Shown here in pieces: positions 36,559-51,310 of a DNA stretch of 64,000 nucleotides (positions within the stretch are counted from its first letter, which is position 1; every line of letters starts with the position of its first letter). The position numbers were made by a program, and so were the translations under genes. The DNA comes from Eledone cirrhosa (taxonomy: Eukaryota). The notes under the pieces are model-generated. The model saw only the letters and a program-made list of their open reading frames with translations. It did not search any database and was not told the DNA's origin. The DNA is taken from assembly GCA_964016885.1 (NCBI GenBank), contig OZ024740.1, forward strand, positions 99,448,001-99,512,000. The letters run 5' to 3'.

Positions 36559-38052
36559 TAGGGGTCGGCAACCCCCGACCCGCGGGCTACATCCGGCGCT
36601 CGAGTGATTTGTGTCCGGCCCGCCATCTTACACTGGACACTAATTATCTAATTAGTATCGAATACAGATACAGTAGTTCACTTCAAGGTTGTGCCCATCA
36701 CAAATCCCTGCTCATACCATATATATTTACAGATACCTTTGTAACCTTATTATATTTTCCATTTATTTTTATTTCCTCTTATCCATCTTTTTCTGGGCTT
36801 TCCGCTATGCATTATATCACCTGTATTATTATTTCCTGTGATTTCATGTATGTGTTTTTGTTTCAGTCAACAAACACAAATGTTGCCTGGAAGTATGCAT
36901 TTTCGTCAGCGACTGGAAGGTATACTAACTTACGGTTCGCATGACTCGCTTTTATACCCATATTGTAATTCAATAAAATCACTCGTGAATTATTGTCGTC
37001 TTCGTTTGCCTGACCTTACCTGTGCCCCCCGGCACAAGGTAAAGCTGTCCTTGCAAAAATTACTTCGTTCCCTCCTCCCCAGAGTATTTTCATTTGAGTT
37101 TGTTGCCTGGTGGTATACCAGTAGGTATCTTTATTCGATAATAACGTTTATTTAGTTATTTGTGATAAATTGTGTGAATTATTATTATTAGAATTAGGCC
37201 AAAAGTGGTTTAAAAAAACAAATGGCCACTCTGATCTAACAACGTCGTTAGAAACCTGGTTTTATATAATTTATTCACAATTATCATATTTTATCGCATT
37301 ACTGTATTTGCATTTACATTTGTTTTCATTGTTTCTTATTTCTTCATTCTGATTATTATACTTTTTGTTCTTTTTCCTTTCCATAAATCTTTTTTGTTTG
37401 AACAAAAACAAGCCCATGGAAGCTAAGAAAAGAAAAGTCGATTTGGAGTGCCGAACTTTTAAGAAGAATATCAGTTGGAGTTAATTGACTTACAGTGCGA
37501 CGAATCTTTGAAATCGAAATTTCAGTTCGAATATACTGCTGACGTCTACAAGAAATATATATTGCCAAGCAGAAAATTAAAAAAAACATCTTGACTAATG
37601 CGAAAATGATGATATCATTATTTGGAAGTGCATATGCTTGTGAACAACTTTTTTTCCAAAATCAAATATACTAAAAGTAATTTAAGAACAAGGTTGCGTG
37701 ACAACCACCTGGATGATGTTTTGCTCCTGTCATCGACAAATATTTCACCTGATGTGGAGAAGTTATCGCACAATAAGCAGAAACAAGTGTCTCATTAAAT
37801 CATTTACCATTTCTAACTGTATTTCGTTTGTAGCAAGGAATTTGGTTTTTATTTTTTGTTGATTGTGATAGTAGTTGTTTTTCTTTTGTTCCTGCAGTAA
37901 AATAAGGGGCTTTGTTAAAATAAAATTATATTAAATTCCTTGTCTTGCTTTAAACCTCCAGAAAAATTATTTAGATATTTAATAACATGGCTCTCCTCCA
38001 TGACACTGCATAGTTGTTTGGCCCTCTCTCTCCAAAAGGTTGCCGACCCCTG
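36559..38052 (+). mobile_element. Internally deleted hAT (Charlie/SPIN-like) DNA transposon
   Basis: TIRs (T)AGGGGTCGGCAACC / GGTTGCCGACCCCTG; degenerate TSD CCCTAAA. The N-terminus MEAKKRKVDLECRTF (37416) is joined to a C-terminus FGSAYACEQLF...RLRDNHLDDVL...KQKQVSH* (37798). Confidence 0.88.
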
Positions 38053-38859
38053 CCCTAAAAGATGCAGTTAATTCCTGACACATTGAACTTTGAGGTATTC
38101 AATTATAAAATTGTTCCTGAATGCAAATTTCTTAAAGACCATTACATGTTCAGTCACACTAGTAATGTGATTGGAAGGGTGTAAGCGCCACACATCTAAC
38201 TACCCTTTTTCTAAAACATTTAACACCTTCTTCTTAGACAAAAATACGGCAAGGTGGGTCGAATGGTTAAAAAGCATAGGGTTCTACCACATAGCATGGC
38301 GCTGTTAACTTTCTTTGTATATATCATTTATTAATGTCAAATTTTTCGTCGCACTATCTGTGACCTTCCTATTGTCACACTTTCATTTCAACTGTCCTGA
38401 ATTTCATTTTATTTTCTCTGTTTGGGATGAACATAGTTTCAAATATCAGTTAAATACATATAACTCTCAAATTCTAATTCTTCTTCCAGAAAAATATAGG
38501 TAAATTCCCACTTTTGTTCTACAACCACTACTACAAATATATTAATCATAATCACAAAGGATATCAAGACCAGAATTCCCACTAATCAAGCAAATATATG
38601 GTAATACAAGAGGATGGCAGTCGTGGAATCATATATTGATGATGCGGTGGAATATACTGGTGTGTTAATTTACCAGATGTGGATAGCAGCATTTGTATAC
38701 GTTTACACACACTAATATATATATATATATATACGCACACACACACACACACACACACATTAATATATATATGTGTGTGTGTGTGCATGTGTTGCGAAGT
38801 AAATGTTTTCTCACGGCCACCAAATGAGTGACCTGAGACCTCGCAGAGAAGACAATAAA

Positions 38860-41330
38860 TAAAATTTCCCCGATGTTCTTCCGGCACCAGTTGTAGGAAG
38901 AACATATTCTCGGGCCATCTGTTATCTATCAGTAAAATAACTAGCGTTCATTATAAATAGAGTATATATGGTTCGAAGTCACTCAGTCCTCTCCCTCTTC
39001 AACTACACAACATAGCCTGGATATATAACAGTTTACTACTATACCGGCCAGCCACGCACTGTCAATTGTAACTACTCACTTTTCTTTTAAGGGAACATTC
39101 CATGGCAAATAAAAGATTCGTGCAAAACACTGAGGTTTTACCGAATGCTTCATTGATATGTGAACACTATAATTAAACATTATATTTACGATTCGAAGTA
39201 ATCGTATTTTTTCCTTGTTGTTGAGCTGAACTACAGATATATATTCTACGAGAATTGTTGCTATTTGTCATGTTCGTCATTTCTTCCACGACAAACGAAA
39301 CTGCGTATCATACATACACACACACACACACATATATATATATCATAAACCATGTCATTAGAATCATAGATAATAAATATATATACTATTTCCTCTCCCA
39401 ATTAGCATAATTAACTATATAAAAAATCAGTTAGACCAGGCTATAAGAATAAAGGCTCCTATGGAGAAATATTTGATAAATAACCGAAAGTAGCCTCTTC
39501 GCGGTTGACCACAATAGAGTATTTACCCAACATTTCAACAGCATGTAGAAACTGACCAAATATACCGTCAACCATACACAAGTAGGTATAAATTTAAAGT
39601 TAGAAGAAATGCATACATACTGTAATTATATCCCTACCATGGTTTCGTTCGTATTTTGAGATATCCTATTAAGGACAAATCTCGAGACAAACTCAATAGG
39701 ATAGTTAATTTTCCAAAGCAATCCCGCCAGAAATAGGTTAAAAATATGGCTAAGAATCGTGACGTGGCAGTGGTCAAGTTAGAAAGAATGTGATTAGTTG
39801 CTTACGGCGAGTAGGCTGGTTGCTAGAGAGCGCAGCCCAATATCGCCCAAATTGCATCTCAACACAACGGAAGATTATTAAATATAAAGATTTACATATA
39901 CATAAAGTCACAGATATATATATGGCAACCGTTCACGTGATTGTTTCATGTATTTATTTTACATATGTGTCAATCAATTTCTAGTTGATATAAAATGCTC
40001 GGATCTATTCATTGGAATCTTTGAGCTTATTCTACGGTGGATATGGCGCATGTCTCGGACATGACAACCATAATTTAATATTGGATATATATTGATGAAT
40101 ACATTTATATGTATATAAAAAAGAGAAATCGAAAGAGGCACGCACATTCAATCACAGGCTGTAACAAGGGGCCCTGGCATATCCTCTAATATTTTTAGAG
40201 CCAACCCAATATGTGTAGCATTGCTACGGGTGATCGTTAGGCTAAGGCATTGGAACAACCAAGCACACTTAAGTTTTCATTATTGCTGTTTTAACAGTCA
40301 TATTGGCCATTATTGAGCGATTCTGATAACAAGGGCATTCTAGCCCTGATCATCCTTTATTTTTAATACAGGAAAGTGTGACGAGGAATATATGACTGTT
40401 ATTTATAGCAGGTCGAGAAACCACGTTGAATCTCCTTCGTTGGCTCATCTCTACTGTTTTTGCTATTTCTTGTGTTTGGAAACAAATCCAAATATATCAA
40501 ATTAACAAGTAGATGTTTGTTGACATTTACTGTAAAATCTTTATATATGAAAACCACATAAAAAGAGAATTTGAATAAAAACAATGAATCCACTTTCATC
40601 TTTCTTCTTTTCTTCTTAAAGTATAGTTAATTTTGGTGTGTTAATCACGTTATTTGTTGAACTTCTAATTGCCTCATTAGAAGACGTTTTTTAAAGAGCT
40701 AATTGTGATATTTCTTGTACTCATAATTGCTTGGTTGCACGACATTTTAGATTTTGAAGAATTCGTTTTTCTTTTGGCTTATGTTAGATTTCATTATCGC
40801 TAACAATCAATGTACAATGTTTATTTCGTGTCAGGATAGTGGATAGAAACAGTCGATATTGTTGAGTATAAATCTATATTCATTGCAATGTCTATTTTTG
40901 TTTGGCAGTATCATTAAAGTGCTGGATAGAACACCTTAAGGTATTTAGTTACCGTCATTTACCTTCTGAGTTCAAAACCTCTTAAGGTTTTAAACGCCTT
41001 TAATCTTTTCAGGGTCGATAAAATAAAATATCAGTTAAGTAATGAGGTCGATATAATTGACGGTCCTTCTCCTTTACTTAAGATCCTGTGCCTCTATTGC
41101 AAATCAATATCTATTTCCACTCCTGGGTCATCATTACTTCAAATCTCATTGGAATCGATTGCCATTTTCATCATAAGTTCTTACAAATAAATCCCTCTAT
41201 TATTGTGAGGTCGATTTCTTTGAGTAAGAATCCTACCTTTCAATGTTGGCCTTTGATCAAACCAAATGATATTCATGCTTGAGATTTGGTGGGAAATTTA
41301 TTTTTGATATACAGTTATTTTGTTGGCTAG
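38860..41330 (+). pseudogene. Decayed cytochrome P450 (CYP2-clan-like) relic 1
   Basis: Collinear motifs: FPDVLPAPVVG (38866); PWQ..KRFVQ.TLRFY C-helix (39100-39145, frameshifted); LLFIAGRETTLNLLRWL I-helix (40396-40446); GRFL*VRILPFNVGL*S (41209-41260). No heme Cys is visible. Confidence 0.6.
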
Positions 41331-42207
41331 TTACTTCGTAGTAGTAACCGTAAAACAAAGCAAAATGATATGATTGTCTTATATTCTATTTTGTAGCAAT
41401 GACGTTAATAATCATGAATTATATTTTAAGAATTCCATTTTATTAACACCATTACTACAATAGAGAATATAAGATCAACCTCATACTGAGTGTAAAGAAG
41501 AAATGTAGAAGGACCAGCCAAATTTATGCTTTATTTTTTATCTGTATTCAAAATTCAAATCACGGTGAAATTAAATTTGCCTTTAATCCATAAAAAGGGA
41601 ATAAAATAGCTCCATCATTATTTTGAAGTTAATTCACTCATAAATCCAGCCAGAATAAAACAAATTAGATAATATTCTGGCGGGTAACGTTCATAATTCG
41701 GTTTCAAATTACAATAGGAGGCAGTTTCTTCACATACTTTGAAAAACCCAAGGGAGAGACATATATGAATATGATAAAATATTGTTAATTCTCCTCTGTA
41801 AATCTGAAAATCGGATTACTAGAAAATAAAAAAAATGTTCGGTAAATGGGACGATCGCCATAGAGCAATACAAAAAAAAAATCGCGGTTAGTCAATTGTA
41901 CGAACTAGTTTTGATTTGACGCGCCCGCGCACGCACACACAATATATATACACTAGCGTGTTTTATTAATAGCCTACAGCAATGGAAATGGTACATTAAA
42001 TATTAAAAATAATGATAATAAAGATGTTGGAATGTTACTTTGTAGTTGTTTTATAGTCGTTATATCTCCAGCATGCGAATAACACAGGATATCCTGCCGA
42101 ATCAGCTTCCTGAATTTTTCGTTCGATGAAGGGATTTTCTTCCGAAATATAAGGACCATTAAACAACTCCAAGGTAATATTCCAACATCTTCGTTATCAC
42201 TATTTCT

Positions 42208-42378
42208 TGGCAGTATCGGTAGAGTATCGGACGCCATGCTTTCCAGCATAGAATTACGTCCCTTTGTGGACTGAATTCAAATACCGCCGGGGTTAACTTT
42301 GCCTTTCATCCTTACGGGGTCGATAAAATTACGTACCAGTAATGTACTGGCCTTGTGCCAAAAGTAGAAACAATTATT
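42208..42378 (+). mobile_element. SINE family A
   Basis: TGGCAGTATCGGTAGAG...AGAAACAATTATT. Confidence 0.88.
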
Positions 42379-42459
42379 TTTAACACTTAATGTCCTAATT
42401 TTATTACAGTAGCCTTTTAGTAAGACACACTTACACACACACACACATATATATATATA

Positions 42460-42942
42460 TGAAATATAATAAAGTAAGGAGTGCGGGATTGCGTACGGTT
42501 TATAATTTGTGTTATCCCATTACTAAAATAAGTTGGATTACTTTGAATAAATAATGAATGAATATTACATAATTTATCTACTAAATTTCGTAGCTGTTGA
42601 TTAAACATATTTTATTATTTATTTAAAGATTCACTTCTTTAAAATTTTCAAATGTCAACACTTCCGGTTAGACTTCGCTTAAATAAACATTCATATATTT
42701 CCGTCACTAATTTTATCCTAATGCAGTTTATATATAATATCATCTCTTTTTAATGTATCATGGATTACGTTACTGATTACATAAGACAGTTTAACGCAGT
42801 CTTCGTTCAATTTCTGTGTATATTGTCAATTACGATTTTATTTGATGTATCATATCTACATGCATATATACTTGTGTATAATATCAATATGCACACTACA
42901 CATGCTAGCAGAAAACCATTCGAAGGGTGGTTTTTCTGCTAG
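42460..42942 (+). mobile_element. Non-autonomous Helitron-like element (copy 2)
   Basis: Aligns along its length with 23940-24418; terminal palindrome plus CTAG|T. Confidence 0.7.
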
Positions 42943-43121
42943 TATATATAATGGAAATATCGCTAGATTGAAAATATATAAAGATATGTTGACATTTAAA
43001 CCCTCAATGTTAAGACGCTAAAGTTTCTGAACAGAGGAAATTTACAACAATTTAGATATCCTGTGCAAAGGATATATAGAAAATAGTTAAAACAATGAAA
43101 TATTATTTACTTTATATTAGC

Positions 43122-43309
43122 AATAACTGTTTCTACTTTAGGCACAAGGCCAGCCATTACCCAGTGCATTACTGGTACTTTATTTCATCGACCCCGTGAG
43201 GATGAAAGGCAAAGTTAACCTCGGCGGGATTTGAACTCAGAATGGCAAGGGACGTAACTCTATGCATCAAAGCATGGCATCCGACCCTCTACCGACACTG
43301 CCAATCCAC
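43122..43309 (-). mobile_element. SINE family A
   Basis: Full copy flanked by duplicated ACTTTATATTAGCAATAAC. Confidence 0.9.
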
Positions 43310-43974
43310 AACGCAACTTTATATTAGCAATAACAATGGGATATTACTTACTTTATATTAGCAATATACAGTTCTAATACATGCCCGGACAACCATTTTT
43401 TCTGGTCCCGAAAAACGTAATAACCTCCACATTTAAATGGATAATTTCCTCTCTAAGATACGATCTTTCGATAGTGGGCCAATATTAATAAATCAATTAT
43501 TTAAATAATCAATTAATTTATTAACTAAATATACATGATATCAACTGTCCACGATTAAGTCTGAGACTGGACTCTTGCAAGCGTTGCATGTGAGGCGACC
43601 TGACACGACTCCTACAGTCATGGATAATGGAAGATTGGGGCGGGGGTGCTAGATATAGATCTACACAGGCTGTGTAACACCCACTCTATGTATTTGAACA
43701 TGGAAATGACTATAATGAAAATATTGGTATATTTAAAAAAGGATATCGACTTACTAACAAATATTAACCCCTCAATGTAAAGGCACTATATACAGAACTA
43801 GCATAGATTAAATTAAGATTTATTAAATAGTTAAAATTGTAAAAATTGTTACAATGTCAGCACAATGTAAGATGGAAATATAAGAGTGAAGATAAAATAA
43901 ATATTTAAACGAAACACGAATATACATATTTACCTCATATTTCAATATTTTGCAATTAAATTTACTCTATCAAA

Positions 43975-45130
43975 GAAATAGAAATATGATACAATGCTTA
44001 CAGAACGAAATCACAAACGAATATAATATAAAGGATGGGGTGGACAACCGAGCCACGAACAGAACAAAAGATAGCAGTATCGCGAGGAGCACTGAGAAAC
44101 CTCTCAAATGATTGTTTAGGCAATCCAGCTCGCTCGAAGCGTTACCTCGGGTGATGGCCAAGCTGATACGTTGGAACAACCAAGCGCCCTCGCGAGATTC
44201 ACCAGTTAATTCTGTTTGGCGAGCCGTCAGTGAAGATAGGAATCTCGCAGTCAGCAACCCGACTTTCCCGAACGTCTCGAACGCCACAGGCTGGAAAATG
44301 TAGTTGGCTGACAGATCAAAGTATTTTAGGATTTTGCTTCGTTCGGCTGCGGAAACTGGGCTTTCGCCCTAACCACAGCATCCAGGATGTGGGAAGAAAC
44401 AAAGTATTCACTAACTGTGACGTCCCAGACAAGGCACCTGCCTCTCGACCAGGGTCACACGGTAAAGCCGTCAGGTCTTTTCCCATTACTCCTGGACAAC
44501 CCAGATGAGGGGATGTTCGCCCGGGCCAATGCTCTCTTGAAAATAATGTTTAGTTCCGTGTGACCCGTGATGTGACCGGCATTCAGGCGGCAAGAAAGAC
44601 CGTGAAGTCGAGGAGTTTGCCACACCGACACCTCAAACCCGTACAGACGTCCGCTCTCACTCTGAGGGCAATGGAGACACGAAGTTCGTCCAAGCTGAAG
44701 AGGCCACCAGCGTTAGCCACGGTTAGGGCATCAACCCATTCACTTGAGTAGTTGGCGTTGGCAGATAGTAAGCGGCACCTTGCAAACTGATCTGACTGGA
44801 CGAAGAGGGAGTTGAAGGTGGCCTTCGAACTTATGCTGTCGCAAGCTCTCTGACTTCGACTATCCTCCACCTTCTCAGGAACAGACAAGCCCAACTCACT
44901 CCATTGTTGGAGAGGTCCATCCAACTCCCTGTTGGAACTAGTCCTTGTTGGGGAGGAGAGGGTGTTGTTCACCAGGGTTGGGAAAGCGTGGGTAGAGGAA
45001 AGAAAGCAGGGGAGAGAGAGGGACGAACATTTTCGAAGACCATGACCCTCAAATCGCTTGGGCAACGCAACCTGGTCGCGGGACTCTGGAAAGAGTCTAA
45101 CATTGACCAAGCTGGAGGATGGTGATGAGC
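43975..45130 (-). mobile_element. RLE-type (CRE-like) non-LTR retrotransposon 3' fragment, second family
   Basis: QVALPKRFEGHGLR, SSEWVDAL, LRVSIALRV...CRCG; AFETFG; WLFQRISLAITRGNA. Confidence 0.82.
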
Positions 45131-45677
45131 TGGTAACTTTTGCATGTGGTGATTGGTGTGATGTACAAACTGGTTTTATTACAACAGCCAATCATCTTCC
45201 AGCAGCCTGTCTCTTGTGTTAATGATAATGCCTCCTTCCGGTTCGCTGATTTTGATAATGACCATGAGGTTATATGTGTAATATTACTCTGAGTTGGTTC
45301 TTAACCGAAGACCCAATTACCCAGAGGCGGTTTTTAATGTAATATGCAGTTTGCAAACATAACTTCCTGTGTAAGAACTGCCACAAATATTGCAAACATG
45401 CAGGACACATGGTGCAAGTCCTCAAGCACACATCCACTTTGTTAGAGTAACTGGTTAACATGCACGTATCGTTATTCTGCGTGTGTCAATTCTTACGCAA
45501 GAATTCTGCCAGAGAGAACTCAGAGTGCACTAGCTCTAAGTTTAATCCTTTCTCATAGATCACTTATCGGATTGTAACTGTTTCTATAGATAAAAATGTG
45601 GCAGTTTTGAGATGCAGTGCTATCCTTGGAGATGCAAACCGTCTTTGGTTCTTCTTATTATAATTTTTGGCTTAGGG

Positions 45678-45890
45678 CTTGGCAGAATTGGTTGAGTGTC
45701 GGACACGCTGATTTGTGACATAGAGTTGCGGCTCTTTACATTATGAGTTCATATCCAACCGAGGTTAACTTTGCTTTTCATCCTTACGGGGTCGATAAAA
45801 TAAAGTACCAGTAATGCACTGGCGTCAATTTAATCGACTTTCCCCTTTCCCCAAACTGGTTGGCCTTGTACTTAAATCAGTAACCACTAT
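45678..45890 (+). mobile_element. SINE family A, long variant
   Basis: A and B boxes, common core, plus extra segment GGCGTCAATTTAATCGACTTTTCCCC. Confidence 0.8.
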
Positions 45891-45954
45891 CATTGGCGGT
45901 AGACTGGCAGTATCGGGAGAGCGTAAGACAACATGCTTTGCCGGTAAATCATGC

Positions 45955-46450
45955 TAGATCGAAACCATTCAAGTGGGAGGTGGTCCCTGCCAAATGTGCG
46001 TACTGACAACTCTCCTGTTCATTATTTTCATGAACAGGATTGACATGCGCAGCCGGACTGGAAGTGTTATCCCGACTGGCAGGTGTAAAATCAGTCGACT
46101 GAAATTTGCAGACGATAAGGTGTTACTTATCTCGACTGAAAGTGATCTCCGACTTTAACTTGATAGGTTTGATGTTGAATGTTGCATGGCTGGAATGAAA
46201 ATACGTGCTGTGAAAACTGAGACACTCGTCTTCTCATGGAAGCCTCTGCAGTGTACACTACATGTGAATGGAGTTTCAGTGAAGTAGGTAGAGAAGTTCA
46301 AGTATCTCCGTGGCCGTGTTCTCGAGTGATCGACGGCAGGAGCTGAATTGAATGCAAAAATAGTAATGCACCAGCTTCAGCATTCCGTATTCAGATGAAA
46401 GGGGGTAGGTGTAAAAGCCAAATTCTCTATCTTCAATTCAATTTATTGTA
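45955..46450 (+). mobile_element. LINE RT fragment (RTE-like)
   Basis: LLFIIFMNRI...SRLKFADDKVLL...GMKI...KTE...VEKFKYL. Confidence 0.8.
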
Positions 46451-47413
46451 AATTCAGATTTTACTCCGTACATAGTTGAGCAGCGCTAATTCATAGTGCA
46501 CAAATAGCCCCCAACAGGGTGCTTTTCTGTAGAAGCTGGTTTTGAGTGATCTTTCCTGTTTTTTTTTAAATTAAAATCGAATGTAGAGAAAAACTAGGTG
46601 TTATTTGGGTGGTCGTCAATTCTTTCTAATTTTATTGTATATTTTGACGACCTTGTAACAGAAAGAAGTCAGCATGTTGTCCACGTAGTTGGCGAAAAAA
46701 ACATAAGAGTAGCAGGTGTTAAGTTCAAAATGCTCCAACGGGCCCATAGATGTGATAGCTATCAGCCGAAATAGATTTAGCCCCATCAGTAGCTCGGATT
46801 TTCTAATACAATTTAAGACCATCCGGCAGATTCATTGTACAAAACTGAGTTAAGTAGATTCAAATACCACAGATATTTACATGTCGATGTGCTGTTGGAG
46901 AGTAACAAAATTTCGACCACTTATGTCGTAATCTGTTTGGCTATATTTGCGTCCATCTTTGACAAGATGAGTAAGATAATCATCGAAAATATGTCCTGTA
47001 ATTTGAGCCGTGCTAACTATTTCAACCAGGATTTATAGTGTAATTATTTAATACTGTTTAACCCCAGCTTTAAGGTAAAGATTCATAGGCCTGATTAATG
47101 GGAAGTCATTTGTTTTTAAATAAAGATTTCAACAAGGGAAGTGAATTCTATTTTACAGAAATCGAAACTAATTCTGCATCATTTTGCACACCAAGAGCTT
47201 AACTATCTAGATAAAATTACTTGTAAAAAGAGTTCTGTCACCTAGGTATAATTCTAGTTTCAGTATTTAACTTGAAAATTGTATTTTCAGTATATTACAA
47301 GAAATTTATCTTTGATTTCCTCGAGATAGACACAAAGCTGAATTTGGCAAGATTTTTAGGATATTAGTATCAGTGTATATATATATTTAAGAATGATAAT
47401 AATTGCAGGTGAG

Positions 47414-47850
47414 TGTTGTGACATGGTTTTACTTCATAGAAGTCAAATAAATTGATATAAATAATTGTTACCACATGTTGATGGTCAGTTGGTCACAACT
47501 CCCAGACTGGAGTGTGTGGAGAAGAACAGAAATCTTCTCTTGGTAAGGTTCAAGTGTTTCTTTAGGCTGCCGTCGCAGGAAGTGAGACATGAGTCATCTC
47601 TTGACAAGATCTGAGGTGTTCTTGTTGCGGGCGAAGGAAGTGAGAGAGAATTGCCTCACGTTCTCAAATACATAGTCCCCAGGGGGACGCAACTCCATTT
47701 AGTACATGGATCTGCCACTGGGAGTCGCGACCGTCACAAAGGGACGCAAACATTACGCAAGGCACTTGGTTCGCTAATGTAATGTCTTACGTACTACCGC
47801 TGACATGCAAATAAGAATAGTTTCTCATATAGGCAGTGAATCGCACATTT
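47414..47850. mobile_element. Possible solo LTR
   Basis: GC-richer non-coding block bounded by TG...CA next to a Gypsy relic; no TSD confirmed. Confidence 0.25.
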
Positions 47851-48499
47851 GGAGAGAAAGTATAGTCAATTTAATCTTATCTGGAAGGATGAAAGTAAAG
47901 ATATTAGTGCTATTGTAAGGTGCGACGCTTTTGATCTCTATGTTATATACTATGAATATGGTACATATAATACCATTTATATGTTAATGCTGGTGTATGT
48001 TTTTTGTGTGTTTGCACATGATTATATATATATTGAAAATGGCTATTATTAGAATGATTTGCAAAATTCATTCTGGCTGTCTGTGCTCTAAGTTGAAAAC
48101 AACTTTGCCTTTCGAGGTCGATACAACAATGCCAATCCAGTACTGGACTTCATTACTCATCTCTCTCTCTCTCTGCTTCCCAGAAGGAAATCTGCTGTCT
48201 TCAGGCCTGAAGAGGCTCCTCCAGGCATTAAAAATGATTGCCCAAGACGCGGCCAACAGAGATTATGGTTCTATATATGCATTAATTTTGTTAGTTTGAT
48301 CTGTCAGCTACTGGAGATCCGAGACTACTGCATGGATCACAGTTAACGACAACATTTGGATAAACGCTGTAAAACTATATAACGATGGTATCACCAATAA
48401 CATACGAATCGGTACAAGTTGATCCATCCATGCAGCTACTGTTACATCAACAATAAAAAGAACACGAAATACTGATGATTGTTCTGGTTCTTCCAGAAA

Positions 48500-51310
48500 C
48501 ACAAGACGACACGCATTTAAATGAAATATAGGAGACAATAATAAGATGACGTAAATAATTGTAGAACTAACCGGATCAATGTCTCTGTGTCAGAATTTCT
48601 GTGAATCCATTGTAAAATGTCTGCATTGTTTACTTGGTCGATTTAGATATCATTAAGCTTGATAAGATTGGTCAATGTGACCGGAGTATTGAAGAGAAAT
48701 TCATACAAATCGGACTCAACGAAGATATTATTATACTTCTCATTATTAAAAATTGCTGAAACAGTTGCAGTTAGAGAACTTAGAAAACATATCATTCGAT
48801 GAATGTGTGAACTTCTTACTTTTAAAAGCGTCGATATTTCTCATGATGTACAGTCAAGAGATACCGATGTTTATCACGTAGCTAAAATGGAATCTTCTGA
48901 ACGCAAATTCTGTGATCATGAAAATACGTTTCTTAACAACAAATGCCTTGAATTTGCAAAGAAATATAAATTACACAACAGAAATAATCATTTTTCATCA
49001 GTTTGGAGTTTCAAAAAGAAAAGTGTGAAATGTGTTGATAAAATCGTTGAAATTGAAACAAATATATTTACACTTCAGTATATGGAAAACCATTTTTATG
49101 TTAAATTGAATATAGTTAGTTTAGATACGTAAGTGGATACTTGTGGCAAAGATATTTAATTCTCAGAAAACGTTGTTTACTCTGATTCAAACCAAACCCC
49201 TCAAAATCCGTTTGCAACTTCATGAGTTTGATGGACCAACAATGAAAACTTTCAGCATTTTACAGATATTCTTGAAACAGGCACTCGATAAGAAATTATA
49301 CCAGTAGTGGTCACAGAGTGCGATCGATGCCATGGTCTAGCTGGAACTGATGTATCAAATAGTAATAGTACAATATTGATAAACTCCCTTGTACTTGACG
49401 TTGGGAATATCAGAGTTTTTTATGTAATAAATAAATGGAATTAATAAATTGCAAAATATATCCAACATTAAATTGAAAGTAAATATACATACATTATATC
49501 TTAAATCTCGGAAGGTTCTACTTTATATTTTTCCGACTGGATTTATTGTGAAATGGTTTCACCAAGGAATATTAGAACATGATCCACCTAGCTGTAACAA
49601 GTTGACCTACCTTGTTTGAAATCCAGATGATAGTCAAAAACCGGTGTCCTTGGTCTTTGCACCGAAAAGTCGGAAAGATGGTGGCTAACTGTTGCAGTAG
49701 GTGTCTCTGACCATTCTCCACAGTAACGCTTTTACCGTTTGTCCACGAGACGGAGCTGAGATACCACTCAAACTTGGTGTAGTGTATGTCTCTCCCCACT
49801 CATCCTTTCTGTTGATGCTCGATCCTCTTTCTTTTTCACCTTTTCATTTTCTTTTTCCCCCGATTTTCTCTTCTCTTTAATAGTATGTTTTGTTTATATT
49901 TGATACTACTCAATTATTTTCATATAATGTTAATGGCTTTTCATGATACTGAGAGATTTTGTATATTGAATAAATAAAAGACTTTGTTGTGTTCTATAGC
50001 GCAAAAACTATGAAAAAAAACATAAATTCTTTGAAGTTGTTCTGACAACAAACAGCGAGTGTAAAAATAAACAAGGATATAGATTTACCTACATGTGGTG
50101 ACATCAAGAGGGACATTAATTACAACATTTATTTGGACTATAAACAACCCCTAATATTGAGCATGCGACTTCCTCCTTAATTGGATTCGATAGCTAAAAA
50201 TAAAATCACTTATAGAAATATCCTTATTGGTTTGCCAGTGAGATGAACACAACAAATCTGATAGCATAAAAATTGCAAGTGCCATTTTGTAAAAAAGAAA
50301 CCAAGAAAAGACCTTGTGTTATATCAAAAATAGAGTATTCTAACAGAATGACATCTTTTGGGTGCAAATACTATGAAATTATTGAACCTGAAGAGCAAGA
50401 ATATTCAGGTTCAGTTGAGAGAGGCAGGCATCACTATTGACTTACACAAATATATCTTTAACATTAATAAGATATAAATTTGGAAAGATCCCATTACAAA
50501 AGATAGTTCTGCAGTTAGATGTATGATCTAGAAAATAAATATTAGATGTTTTCCTTCTAATAATAATAAAAGTTGGAACAAATTTGGAGATTGGTAAATG
50601 TTTGCCAAAATATTTTGAAATAGTCGAATGATATACAAAATTGCTTGGACAAATATTCAGCAAAATACATTGAGAACTTAAAAAGCATACCTGCTGAAAA
50701 TCTTGCTCTGGAGATATTTGATGTCCAATAAGATGTTATATTGACAACCGATGCTAATGAGCTTTGTATATCAGTTTATCAAGGAGATTAGCATATGCTG
50801 AAGCTAATTATTCGAATATTGGGAGAGAAGATATAAACATTGTGCTTTCCACAAACTATACCCATCATTTTTTACTTGGTTTGAAATACTTACATACATC
50901 CAATCACAGATCTCTTGAATTTATCATTAATCCACTTTAAAATTTCCAAGGGTTATATCAGGGATATGGAAGTGGGCATTTGATTTTGATCTCATACATG
51001 TTTAAAAGAGATACCATTCTTTGAGTCAATGCACTCCTACAGTTACATTTTTGATTACAAAAGGGATATTAGTTTGGAAAAGGACAATAAATGCATATAG
51101 GAGCTGAATTTTACATCTTGACTGACTAGCTTTTAAAACACTGCATGATCCAATTAACGGACAAAATCATGTCAAGAATAGAAAGACATATCTTGTTTAA
51201 GATTCCCAATACTAAAATACAATACGAACATGTTAACCAAACTCTGGAAAAATGCTATCCTTTGCAATGTTTGTCTCACTGATCCGCCAGACCTATCTTG
51301 AAAGTGAATC
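48500..51310 (+). mobile_element. Decayed Ty3/Gypsy LTR retrotransposon internal region
   Basis: RNase H remnants DVILTTDAN (~50733), LAYAEANYSNIGRE (~50788) and NHRSLEFI (~50902); many stops. The outer boundaries are guesses. Confidence 0.65.

Noticed and set aside
45200-47040. GPCR- or transmembrane-like peptides (also 58694-58960)
   Set aside because: Only generic hydrophobic stretches, with no ordered set of diagnostic motifs that I can verify by eye.
49572-49830. Zinc-knuckle-like fragment (FRCKDQGH) on the minus strand
   Set aside because: Possibly a LINE ORF1 scrap inside the Gypsy relic, but too short and degenerate to call.
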